From: a virus
Strand: one strand, 5' to 3'
IMG/VR virus record: IMGVR_UViG_3300050821_002122
Coordinates: 96,001 to 160,000 of that record
DNA length: 64,000 nt
The position numbers and the translations under genes were made by a program. The stretch's first letter is position 1. Each line of letters starts with the position of its first letter. The notes beneath the pieces are model-generated. The model was not told where the DNA came from, made no database searches, and worked only from the letters and a program-made list of their open reading frames with translations. Shown piece by piece: positions 47,149 through 56,308 of this stretch.

Positions 47149-48357
47149 ATGAAATACGAGTACACCATGCTGGACGGAATAAAGATGGGTCTAAATATAC
47201 AAGACAATGGCATAGCTTTGGACAAGGAGGAATTGGAGGTCTTGAGAAGGATATTCAAGAAAATGAAAGCAGTGTATTACGAACAGAACAAGGAGTATGT
47301 GATATCAAAGCCAGGCAATACGTCTAGCATACGTATAGGACTACGGCAGCACCATTCAAACGGAGACCATTGGTACCTAAATATAGATGGTAATCCAATG
47401 AATCACTTCAAAGAACAGAACGTATATGGGTACGCAGACGCAGGTCGTCAGATACGTAATACGTTTAAAGCATGCATATTGTGGTTATCAAAGCGCAGTA
47501 AAGTGGTGATAAATGAAAGCCTATATGGAAAGATAGAGAAAGGTGAGATAAACATCCACAGTTTGGAATTCGCTTCTTATACCAAGAAATTGGACTGTGA
47601 TATAGATCAATTGATTAATTCGTGGCAGGCAATGTATCGATTGGCAAACTGGACAGTAGACGGTAAGACCGAAAGCTTGGATAGGATGCTTGGTATATCT
47701 ACGCGCATTGATTCAGAGGAGTATGCCAGCTCGTTTGCCTTAGCCACTATAGAGAAATACCAAAGCAGGGTGTATCGCGTGGTGGGTCTACGCCTATACA
47801 GAAAGGACGTAGAGATAGAAGAGACCAAGACCGAAGTATCTGCTGAGATATTGGCCGACGTACGCCAACGCCTGCGGGTTGACATAGAATTCGGGTCACG
47901 CTGGCTGCACCGTAAGAAGATAAAGACGGTAAAGGAACTGGAAACATTCGTTGGCATAAATTACGATGGGGATTGGGCCAAGTTCGTTAGAACCGAGTTG
48001 AATGACCTGATTGAAAAAGCATGCTTGCGCTACATGTGGACGTTTCCGAATATATTCACTTTGTCGGAGAAAGCCAAAATACCACCTCAGTGGTTCGGGG
48101 GTGTGGTAGATGCCGAAGTCAGGCAATGGGCGCTTCAGCGCGGGATAAATCCAGATATCAGTTATAAGGCTCATGTGTCAATGGTGTGGGCACGCTTGAG
48201 TGAGCAACCTGGCTACGATAAATTGAAAGCATTGGAGTCGCCGAAAGCCTACGCTAAATCTGCTCTGAGGGCTTACAAGCAAATGGACAAACTCAAGAAT
48301 AATCAAGCACTTGCTGTAGCAGGGTTGACCTTTGATAGAAAAGAGGTGGCCCTATGA
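47149..48357 (+). CDS. Rolling-circle replication initiator-like protein (inovirus gpII/Phage CRI, Rep_trans superfamily)
   Basis: LNIDGNPMNHFKEQNVYG, RLYRKDVE (YxKxxE), RLRVDIEF.SRWL. Confidence 0.6.
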   Translation: MKYEYTMLDGIKMGLNIQDNGIALDKEELEVLRRIFKKMKAVYYEQNKEYVISKPGNTSSIRIGLRQHHSNGDHWYLNIDGNPMNHFKEQNVYGYADAGRQIRNTFKACILWLSKRSKVVINESLYGKIEKGEINIHSLEFASYTKKLDCDIDQLINSWQAMYRLANWTVDGKTESLDRMLGISTRIDSEEYASSFALATIEKYQSRVYRVVGLRLYRKDVEIEETKTEVSAEILADVRQRLRVDIEFGSRWLHRKKIKTVKELETFVGINYDGDWAKFVRTELNDLIEKACLRYMWTFPNIFTLSEKAKIPPQWFGGVVDAEVRQWALQRGINPDISYKAHVSMVWARLSEQPGYDKLKALESPKAYAKSALRAYKQMDKLKNNQALAVAGLTFDRKEVAL

Positions 48358-49582
48358 AAACCTCAGTAGTAGGCTTGGGCTACTCGCGAACACAGGGTTA
48401 CTTTGAGGCCACCGAAGGGTTGAAGGGAATGCGTCTCAAAATACCAGTGGACGCAAAACGAGGCACATTAGCGTTGGTGTATTTTACACGCATCTTCAAA
48501 GGGCCGCCAGTAACAACACATATACTAAGTGGAAATGTCCAATGGCGTTGTGAGTTCAAGGGTACAGAATTCTGGTTCGACGTTTATCATATGTGGTTAA
48601 AGGCCCGTAACGCTGCTGATGTAGAGCAAGCACTTCATGAACTTGAAATCTTACCCAAGATTCAAAAAGTATTCAAACGAGAGATGGTTGAGTGGCAAAC
48701 ACTTTGCGATTACATGCCGCGTAGTAGGCCTGACATTGCTATAGTTCAGGCCGCATTATTCAACCAGAATCCAGTTGAGGTACTGCGTGGCGACGCGAAA
48801 GTAAATAGAGCAAAGATAGAAAAATTCTTGGACTACATAAGTCCTGTTATAGACAACCTTCTCTAGGAGATAGACATGTGTGAATTAAGTCCAGAAGTAT
48901 TGAAGCACAACGCCATCAGCCAGTATATTGCCCTATCGTGGCCGACCGAAGGTATCATGTCATACCCAGATGAATTGGGTAGCTTAGGTGGTGTTACGAC
49001 TCGCACGGTATCACCGTTGGGTGTGGAACCCCATCATATTACCGTCGATGGTTACTACGAGCCAGAGTCCATAGATGTTGATGACGCCGTTGCCACAATG
49101 GTAAGATGCTCGCCGTGGCCGATGAAGGTAGTGTATCTGGATGTCATCAAGACCGGTACCCACATTTGGTTTGAACTTCTAGTGGTGGTAAAATGACATA
49201 CCATAAATTAATTGATGGGCAACTGGTAGCAGCGGAAGATGGTGATTGGGTACCTCGTCTAACCTACGACGCACTGACGAAACAATTCATCGAGTACCTG
49301 AGCGCTCAGTTGGAAAAACTCAAGTTAGATCATCTGGGCAACCTAGCCATAAAAGAAGCTGACAGGTTGTGGGCAATAGAGAACGAAACACCCGTGCAAC
49401 GGGGAATCAGAGAAGGTGCCGAAGCCCAAGCTCGCGCACAAGAAGAGGTAATTGCTAAAATGGAGTTGCCTGAGAATATACGTGTCTTGCTTGAGAAGCC
49501 AGTAAAAGATAGCGCAGAATTCGATAAGCTGGTGCAAGAAACTCTTGCAATGCGTCGTAAATTTACCGTGGTGATGAGGTAA
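48354..49582 (+). other. Three hypothetical ORFs (48354-48866, 48876-49196, 49193-49582)
   Basis: Tiled, with RBSs. Confidence 0.55.
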
Positions 49583-49584
49583 TC

Positions 49585-49965
49585 ATGAAAGCCATGACAG
49601 CAAACCAAAGAGTCAGCAAGCAACGTGCGTTGCGGAAGAGATTGGGGTGGTATGAAGTGCGTGTGTGGGTACCTACCAAAGAGGATGCAACGAGCATCCA
49701 AGCACTAGCCCAGAAGATGCGGGAAGTCAGTGACGAACATAAGGGCATCGATCTACATGAAGCTTGCTTGGAGGCATGCGAAAGCCACCTACAAGGTGTG
49801 GTAATAAAGTTGGGGTCTTACCAACTGAAGGAGGTAATCAAGTACTGGCGATCCTATTACACTGCTGGTGGTCGTTTGCTTTGGGTGGATGGCCTGAATC
49901 ATCACCTGACCTCTGTCGAACGTGCAATACTTCTTGGAGTTGACAATGAAAATCAAACTAGCTGA
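49585..49965 (+). CDS. Protein with DUF3018/MazE-like antitoxin N-terminus (tentative)
   Basis: MTANQRVSKQRALRKRLGWYEVRVWVP. Confidence 0.45.
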   Translation: MKAMTANQRVSKQRALRKRLGWYEVRVWVPTKEDATSIQALAQKMREVSDEHKGIDLHEACLEACESHLQGVVIKLGSYQLKEVIKYWRSYYTAGGRLLWVDGLNHHLTSVERAILLGVDNENQTS

Positions 49966-50131
49966 CGACCACGGCTTCGGTATCCTTACTCCAGAGATGA
50001 GTGCAATTATTGATAGAGAGGTACAAACCTTAACTGAGTTCTTATTCTGGACGCATGACTTCCCAGAACCGGTAGTCATTCGAGCCTTCGATACCGACAC
50101 GATCTATATCGATCATCCATGGGCCTACTAA
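49946..50131 (+). CDS. Hypothetical protein
   Basis: Start MKIKL with GGAG RBS. Confidence 0.45.
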   Translation: MKIKLADDHGFGILTPEMSAIIDREVQTLTEFLFWTHDFPEPVVIRAFDTDTIYIDHPWAY

Positions 50132-50132
50132 C

Positions 50133-50729
50133 ATGAAAACCAGACCAACTAATGACCCCACTGAGGTGGAGGTCGAAATCATTGCTGGTGGGTGGGTCAG
50201 CTACAAGCGTGGCCTGCGGGCGATCATCGAGGAGACCAAACGACGCCACCATATTACATGCAGAGGTTATGGTACACCAATACGCCATCTGATTGGTCTA
50301 CGTCACGAGACTATCACCCGCAGTGTACCTGGTACTCCACTGGTTGCAACTCAGTTGTTGGTAATCGCGTTAGCAGGTTCGCGAATCTCAATCCGCGAAA
50401 TGTACGAGCTGAACTTGGAAGACCCAGAGATCAGAGAGGTCACCAACGATCTCAGCCTACAGATACAAGGCAAAGCAGTACATGTGATCCGCCACATGGA
50501 AGTAGAGGCTGTATTCGATCTGGCTACACCAGCCGACAACTTTATCGAAGTATGTGCCTATGCCTCCAAGCAGCGTCGGACACAAGCGATGGGAGACCTT
50601 GGTATAACTCATCCTGTTTTGGGTCACGCTCGCGGCAAACCTCAGGTACCAGCGTCGTGGATTATCAAGGCACATCTTTATACCGGAATACCAATCGCTC
50701 AACTTACGGAGATGGGAACATGCAAATAG
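50133..50729 (+). CDS. Double HTH-like protein, paralog of next gene
   Basis: LGITHPVLGHARG..PASWIIKAHLYTG. Confidence 0.6.
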   Translation: MKTRPTNDPTEVEVEIIAGGWVSYKRGLRAIIEETKRRHHITCRGYGTPIRHLIGLRHETITRSVPGTPLVATQLLVIALAGSRISIREMYELNLEDPEIREVTNDLSLQIQGKAVHVIRHMEVEAVFDLATPADNFIEVCAYASKQRRTQAMGDLGITHPVLGHARGKPQVPASWIIKAHLYTGIPIAQLTEMGTCK

Positions 50730-51307
50730 AGAACATCGATGGCAGGCTGATTAAAGTTGTACTAGATGACAAAACCATGGTGGTTCAACGTGGTGTGTTG
50801 GCAATAATTGAGGTAGTGAAGCATCAAAGAAAAATCAAACGCAGTGGTTACTGCAAAGCTGTAAAACCTTTAGTCGGCATGACATCGGAGGTAGTGAGTC
50901 GGTGCCGGACCCAGAACAAGAATATGGCTGCATCCCAAATCCTGAAGGTACACCGCTTGAGTGGTCTACCGATTGCCGACATCTACGCGCTGGACCTACA
51001 AGAGTGCAACCCAATAGCACTACAAGAAGATGTTGTCGAACGCGTACCTGATGCAGTATGCGGTTACTGGCTAACCGTAAATGATGGTCCCGCTAACTAT
51101 CACCGTGACCATGTTGACGCCTTCTTAGGCGCGCTGACCACAGTATGTCAAGAACCGAAGCACATAATAATGGGCGAATTGGACCTCTCGATTTACCGAG
51201 TGAGTCAACAGCGTCGGTTGTCCAACATACCCGCACCGTGGATTTTGAAAGCCCACCTGTACACAGGCCTGAAACTAAGCGAGTTATCGAAATTGGAGGC
51301 ATTATGA
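50720..51307 (+). CDS. Double HTH-like protein, paralog of previous gene
   Basis: Start MQIEN at 50720; IPAPWILKAHLYTG. Confidence 0.6.
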   Translation: MQIENIDGRLIKVVLDDKTMVVQRGVLAIIEVVKHQRKIKRSGYCKAVKPLVGMTSEVVSRCRTQNKNMAASQILKVHRLSGLPIADIYALDLQECNPIALQEDVVERVPDAVCGYWLTVNDGPANYHRDHVDAFLGALTTVCQEPKHIIMGELDLSIYRVSQQRRLSNIPAPWILKAHLYTGLKLSELSKLEAL

Positions 51308-52115
51308 GCGACGAGAAACTGAGGCAGCAAATTACCAATATGGCCAACGATGAGTATATCTCGGATGCCAAGTTTTTGTCTGTCGTTGAGGACCTGATCG
51401 TAGATCGCCGCACTGAGTTGAACCGAGTTGCGCGAGTGGAGGCGGCCACTACTCGGGTAATTGAGGCTTTCAAGGCAGCTGGTATACCAGTCAACTCTGA
51501 ACCACTGTCCCAAGATGAACGAGCAGCTGCCTTGAAGGTAGTGTATGACACAGTACGCGGTGTAACCTACGCATCGCTTGGCAGTGTTCGTAATGAAGTC
51601 TACACTGTTGGCATGGCGATCGCTTTGATTCAGGAGTTGGCCAAATGAATTTAGCCTACATACTAGGTGCAGTCAGTTACGGGCGGACTGACATTATGCC
51701 TCATCTTACCTTCGTGCGGTTGGCGCCAGGTCGCGTGCCACAAACGCACATCAACGATGATATGAGAATACCAGAACTCGATTTAGTGGTGCGTTTGCAT
51801 AGCAACGTTACCGACGACGAAGCAATCGGTTACCTGTTGCAGGCAGAAATGGAATTCTACAAGCAGTTATTTGAACCAACCGCAGAACCAGACGTCTACA
51901 ACATTCACCATGGTACGGTTCACTATCGGGAGAATTTCTGGACCTACGAAAAAGATGAACGCCCGTCGGCGCTGCGGCCCCATATGTTTGTGGCACAAGT
52001 GAGTTACCACATGATGCAGCGCCTACCAGGTGTAGTAAATAACATTCAGATAAAGACCATGATCTCGAAGACCGAGTTCCGGACCTACATTAACGGATTA
52101 CAGAAGGGCTTGTGA
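51304..52115 (+). other. Two hypothetical ORFs (51304-51648, 51645-52115)
   Basis: Tiled with ATGA overlaps. Confidence 0.55.
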
Positions 52116-53123
52116 ATGTCTAAGCTTATTGCTTTGGGGGACCTCCACCTCACAGATCAGCACGGTAGCGGTGGTCTCGCTAAGTATGTGGAGAAGCCCG
52201 ACGAATACGTCATGAGCGAGGTTTCAAGGGTTGTGAAATGGGGATTGAAGCATGATGTTCTCGATTACGTTTTTGAGGGCGATATCTGCGAGAACCCGCG
52301 CATGAGTTATGAGGCACAGTTGGCATTCGCTCGATGCCTGCGTCGCTATCCTGACCTTCAGTTCTGGTTGATCCCAGGTAACCACGATAAGGTTGGTCGT
52401 GACTCAGCGGAAGGTCACTCGCTGGAAATCATCAAAGAAATGCGTATCAAGAATTTGAAAATCTGTTTGACCGATGAGGTGGTTCAAATCGGTCGGACGA
52501 AGGTTAAGATGTGCCCGTGGCCTTCTACTGCATTTGACCCGAAGATGTTGAACATCGGCCACGTTGAGGTGCGTGGCTCAAAGACCGACAGTGGTCGTAA
52601 GATGGAAGGTGAGGAATTATCGAAGTCGCAGGCAGTGGTCCTGATGGGACACTTGCACACACCACACAAAGTCCGCAACACTCACTACACCGGCACTCTG
52701 TACCAAACGAATTTCGGTGAACCTCTACCAAAAGGCTTTCACTATGTTGAATGGACCAGTAGGGATGACCACGAGATTACCCATGTGCCTTTCGATCCCA
52801 AGTACAAGTTGCATAACTGTGTCATCGAATCTGAGGATGACATAAAGGCTCTGCCTCGTAGCGAGACTGACCTCATAAAGTTGGTCGTCAAAGATGGGGC
52901 CGACGTAGTGGTCCCACAGTGGTCGAACATTGTTGTAACCAAAGTTTTCAAAACAAAGAATGATCTGGTATCTATTCTCACCGAAGACCTTTTGAACGGA
53001 CATGAGTTGGTCATCCGATCCTCTGACTACTTCAACAAGTGGTTAGGAGCCCAAACGATACCGCAAGCTTTAAAGGTAAGGGCGACGCGTCTTCGCAAAC
53101 AAATATTAGGTGGTGGAAAATGA
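52116..53123 (+). CDS. SbcD/Mre11/gp47-like metallophosphoesterase nuclease
   Basis: GDLH, GDICE, GNHD, GH, GHLH, YTGTLYQTNFGE. Confidence 0.88.
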   Translation: MSKLIALGDLHLTDQHGSGGLAKYVEKPDEYVMSEVSRVVKWGLKHDVLDYVFEGDICENPRMSYEAQLAFARCLRRYPDLQFWLIPGNHDKVGRDSAEGHSLEIIKEMRIKNLKICLTDEVVQIGRTKVKMCPWPSTAFDPKMLNIGHVEVRGSKTDSGRKMEGEELSKSQAVVLMGHLHTPHKVRNTHYTGTLYQTNFGEPLPKGFHYVEWTSRDDHEITHVPFDPKYKLHNCVIESEDDIKALPRSETDLIKLVVKDGADVVVPQWSNIVVTKVFKTKNDLVSILTEDLLNGHELVIRSSDYFNKWLGAQTIPQALKVRATRLRKQILGGGK

Positions 53124-53548
53124 AAGTAGGTTTTGCAGGTTCGCAACGAGGCATGACTCAGTGCCAAAGAGAGACGCTGGTCAAGGTATGTAAAGAATTA
53201 CAGATGACCGAAGCACACCACTGTGATAGTGAGGGTTCCGATATACAGGCGCATCATATCTTTCGCCGTGCTGACCGTTACCTCATGATAGCGGCACATC
53301 CACCAGCGACATCTCACCGAGCTTACTGCAACGCCGACCATTTCTATCCGCAAGCAGGGTACATCACCAGCAAAAAGAATATGGTGGATGCGACTGACAT
53401 GTTGATCGCCTGTCCCTATACAACTCAAGAGAATACCAAAGGTGTCACATGGATTACAGTGCGGTATGCACGACTGAAGGCGAAGAACTGCCTAATCATC
53501 TTGCCTAACGGACTACACATTTTGGAGATAAATGATGGCAGTAAATAG
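53120..53548 (+). CDS. SLOG (DprA/YspA-like) family protein
   Basis: VGFAGSQRG, HH..GSD, NMVDATDMLIA, TWITVRYAR. Confidence 0.65.
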   Translation: MKVGFAGSQRGMTQCQRETLVKVCKELQMTEAHHCDSEGSDIQAHHIFRRADRYLMIAAHPPATSHRAYCNADHFYPQAGYITSKKNMVDATDMLIACPYTTQENTKGVTWITVRYARLKAKNCLIILPNGLHILEINDGSK

Positions 53549-53774
53549 TGTAGGTACATTCTGTGTTGTAATCCACAAGCAACTTGTCGTAAAAAATTGT
53601 CCAATCCGAACCTGTACCTGGCGCGCAGAGAATGGTCAGTGTCGTTATTCTCCGCAAGCAGAATCGTATACCGCTCAAGAGTTGGCCAAGTTGCTGGACC
53701 GCCCTTCTCCCACAGATGAACCAAGAATTAAAGCTGACCTTTTCAAGGCAGTTAAAAGCGCAGTATCCAAATAG
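53532..53774 (+). CDS. Small Cys-rich protein
   Basis: C..C..C..C spacing. Confidence 0.5.
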   Translation: MMAVNSVGTFCVVIHKQLVVKNCPIRTCTWRAENGQCRYSPQAESYTAQELAKLLDRPSPTDEPRIKADLFKAVKSAVSK

Positions 53775-53807
53775 CCCTGAGCTTCCCTAATCCTAACGAG
53801 GACCAAG

Positions 53808-54524
53808 ATGAACTTTATACCACTCTCCGCCTACGACAAAGAAGGTCGTGATTCGACTAACCCGATCTGGGGTATCAATATCTCGGATCAATCGGTCACC
53901 GCAGTTGCCGGTGAGGTCATTCTCGCCGTGCCGCGCGACAACGGTGACCAGCGCGATTTGCTGAAGTTGCCGAAAACCTGGCTGCCGCAAGAATTGACTC
54001 GTGACATTCCGCGCCTGCGTCTGCTGAATTCGCCGGAGTTCCGCCGCGCCGTCAACGGTGACCTGATCGGCCTGATCTCCGAGGAAGATGCCGAACGTCT
54101 GTTGCGCCAGAACGGCGCCAAAGAAGAGAAAGCGCTGCTGCGTTCGCAAGAACAACACATCCGCAAAGCCGGTGCGCCACGTACCATCGCTGACTCGGGC
54201 GCAGAGATCAGTCGTCTGGACGGCATCACCGATGACGACGATGATGACGGTTCTGGCCGTAATCAAACGGTCATCATCGATACCAATCGCAAGAAGACAG
54301 TGGCGCAGGCCGCACTCGACGGCGTGGAGGATGTCGAACCTGGTATCACCCCGCAGTTCAAAATGTGGGTCGACCGCCTGAAGACGCAAAACGACATGGA
54401 TGTTCGCAACCAGCTCAAGAGCCGGTCTTCCTACAAGAAAGCGGAACTACGGTTCCTGCAACGCGAATTGCCACGCGCTCTGACGCTGGCCCACAAGCTG
54501 ATCGCAAAAGCGCTCGGCAAGTAA
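53808..54524 (+). CDS. Hypothetical, likely highly expressed protein
   Basis: 238 aa, biased codons, own terminator. Confidence 0.7.
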   Translation: MNFIPLSAYDKEGRDSTNPIWGINISDQSVTAVAGEVILAVPRDNGDQRDLLKLPKTWLPQELTRDIPRLRLLNSPEFRRAVNGDLIGLISEEDAERLLRQNGAKEEKALLRSQEQHIRKAGAPRTIADSGAEISRLDGITDDDDDDGSGRNQTVIIDTNRKKTVAQAALDGVEDVEPGITPQFKMWVDRLKTQNDMDVRNQLKSRSSYKKAELRFLQRELPRALTLAHKLIAKALGK

Positions 54525-54530
54525 TTACCA

Positions 54531-54558
54531 GGGAGGCCCTTTGTGGTCTCCCATTTTT
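54531..54558 (+). terminator. Rho-independent terminator
   Basis: GGGAGGCC/GGTCTCCC then TTTTT. Confidence 0.7.
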
Positions 54559-54571
54559 CTAGGAGACTCAT

Positions 54572-55174
54572 ATGTCCAAAGTGTACGATCAGGCTACTCG
54601 CCGAAATCTCAAAGAGATACGCGCGCTTCGCGTCGGTGATGTACTTCGTGTGTACCGACAAGATAGTGAGGTGACCTTCGACTGCTTCGTCACTCACTGT
54701 AGCACCACATCCAAAACGGGTGACGAGTGGAATGTGATGGTTTTAACTCTCAGCAGTTTTGGCAAGCGGTGGTCGGAATCGCGTCGATTAGCTACCGATC
54801 GCTTTGAGGTCATCGGCAAGCTGAGCGTGGCATCTCTTGGTGTGACCGTCTCGGCCAATAAAGCTGTATCTCGCGGTATGCTTAGCTCGATGTTTCAGGT
54901 TGACGACGCTGGACATATACCAAAATCCGCTAAGATGAAAGAACCAGGAAAGCAAAGCGTACAGACCAACATCAGACGCGAGGGCCACTACAGCGAATCG
55001 GGCAAGCAACCGAAGTTCGTCATGTCAAAAGAAACTAAGACCAGCCGCGTACCGTCGGCCAAACCCCAGCAACCCAATACGCCGAAGCCTGCTAAGCCAA
55101 GTTGGTCCAATGCTCAGGTCAATGCAGCATTTGAAAAAGCAGGCAAACCAACCTCCACTAAAGCAAAGAAATAA
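54572..55174 (+). CDS. Hypothetical basic protein
   Basis: 200 aa, K/P-rich tail. Confidence 0.6.
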   Translation: MSKVYDQATRRNLKEIRALRVGDVLRVYRQDSEVTFDCFVTHCSTTSKTGDEWNVMVLTLSSFGKRWSESRRLATDRFEVIGKLSVASLGVTVSANKAVSRGMLSSMFQVDDAGHIPKSAKMKEPGKQSVQTNIRREGHYSESGKQPKFVMSKETKTSRVPSAKPQQPNTPKPAKPSWSNAQVNAAFEKAGKPTSTKAKK

Positions 55175-55180
55175 CCGCAT

Positions 55181-55209
55181 GCGCTGCTCTCGCAAAGCAG
55201 CGCTTTTTT
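55181..55209 (+). terminator. Rho-independent terminator
   Basis: GCGCTGCT/AGCAGCGC then TTTTTT. Confidence 0.8.
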
Positions 55210-55420
55210 ACGTCGCCACAGGTGGTTTTTACTGCGTTTTCCATGCTCTGGCACGCTGAAAATCGACTCTATGACGCTCTGTACGTGCAGGATGTTGCTA
55301 AAAAGCTACATTTTGCTCTGCCAGAGTGATATTTACCACATTCTTTACGATTTTTACCACTTCCACGCTGAAAATCATGCTAAAATGGAGGCACAGCAGC
55401 AAACAAACGAAAGGAACCAA

Positions 55421-55681
55421 ATGAAACAAATTCGATTCAGAATGCTTGATCTGCTCAACGTCGATGGCCTGACTCTGCAACAGATGATCGTGCCCCTGAC
55501 TGATACGACCGAGCAACGGCTGATTCTCGCAAAAACAGCAAGCTGGGAATACACGTTCGCACTCGATCTGTGCGGAACCGAAATGACTGTGACGACGCCG
55601 TACAATACGCTGAGCCGCAGTTACTGGAAACTCGGCGAACTGATTGCAGCGGAAGTCCCGCACGTAATCGAAACGATTTAA
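55421..55681 (+). CDS. Hypothetical early protein
   Basis: Start MKQIRF with AAGGA RBS. Confidence 0.55.
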   Translation: MKQIRFRMLDLLNVDGLTLQQMIVPLTDTTEQRLILAKTASWEYTFALDLCGTEMTVTTPYNTLSRSYWKLGELIAAEVPHVIETI

Positions 55682-55715
55682 ACGATTTAAACGATCTAAA
55701 CGATCTAAACGATTT
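55671..55715 (+). repeat. Five tandem 9 bp repeats AAACGAT(T/C)T
   Basis: Read directly; spans a stop codon and intergenic space. Confidence 0.9.
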
Positions 55716-55758
55716 ACACTGTTTTCTAACGTAGTTCAATCTCACTAGGAGTAATATC

Positions 55759-56064
55759 ATGGCAACCGCAAACATCGAACGTACCGTCCGTCAATTCATC
55801 CGTGCCCAGTTCTCGGCTCGTCTGCGTCACAACGAAGACAAGACCTTCGACTTCACGATGACCGGCAACAAAGCACGCTGCGGCATCACGAATCCGCGCA
55901 CTGTCGCAGCGAGTCTGGAAGAACAAGCGAAATCGTTCGCCGAAAAAGGCAACACCACGGTGTTCACGATGCCGAAGTCCCTCGGCGGCGGCACGATCAC
56001 GCTGAAAGTCGGCGATGTCAGCAGCGTGACACTGGCCGGTGTCGCAATCGACTTCGACGAATAA
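55759..56064 (+). CDS. Hypothetical, likely highly expressed protein
   Basis: AGGAG RBS, biased codons, terminator. Confidence 0.7.
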   Translation: MATANIERTVRQFIRAQFSARLRHNEDKTFDFTMTGNKARCGITNPRTVAASLEEQAKSFAEKGNTTVFTMPKSLGGGTITLKVGDVSSVTLAGVAIDFDE

Positions 56065-56081
56065 GCAATGTGCAGTAAACC

Positions 56082-56109
56082 AGAGCGGCTCAATTGAGCC
56101 GCTCTTTTT
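56082..56109 (+). terminator. Rho-independent terminator
   Basis: 24 bp palindrome AGAGCGGCTCAATTGAGCCGCTCT then TTTT. Confidence 0.8.
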
Positions 56110-56308
56110 GCATTCAATCGAAGAACCAAATGGAACGCTTCTATCCGTCATTGGAATTTTTTACACATGCCTGCTTTATGTTTAATGAAGACCCTATCAA
56201 ACTAATTGATAGCAAAGAGTACCACGCATGGCCGGACGGTACGGTAAGAGCATACGCAGCATAATCTTAGCATTCACTAATAATCAGCATCCACTCTCGG
56301 AGCAAATC

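Noticed and set aside
50192-50719. N-terminal half of the 371 aa ORF
   Set aside because: Overlaps 50133..50729 in another frame; true start is likely ATG 50720, where homology to the paralog begins
55671-55715. CRISPR array
   Set aside because: 9 bp units with no spacers and no cas genes
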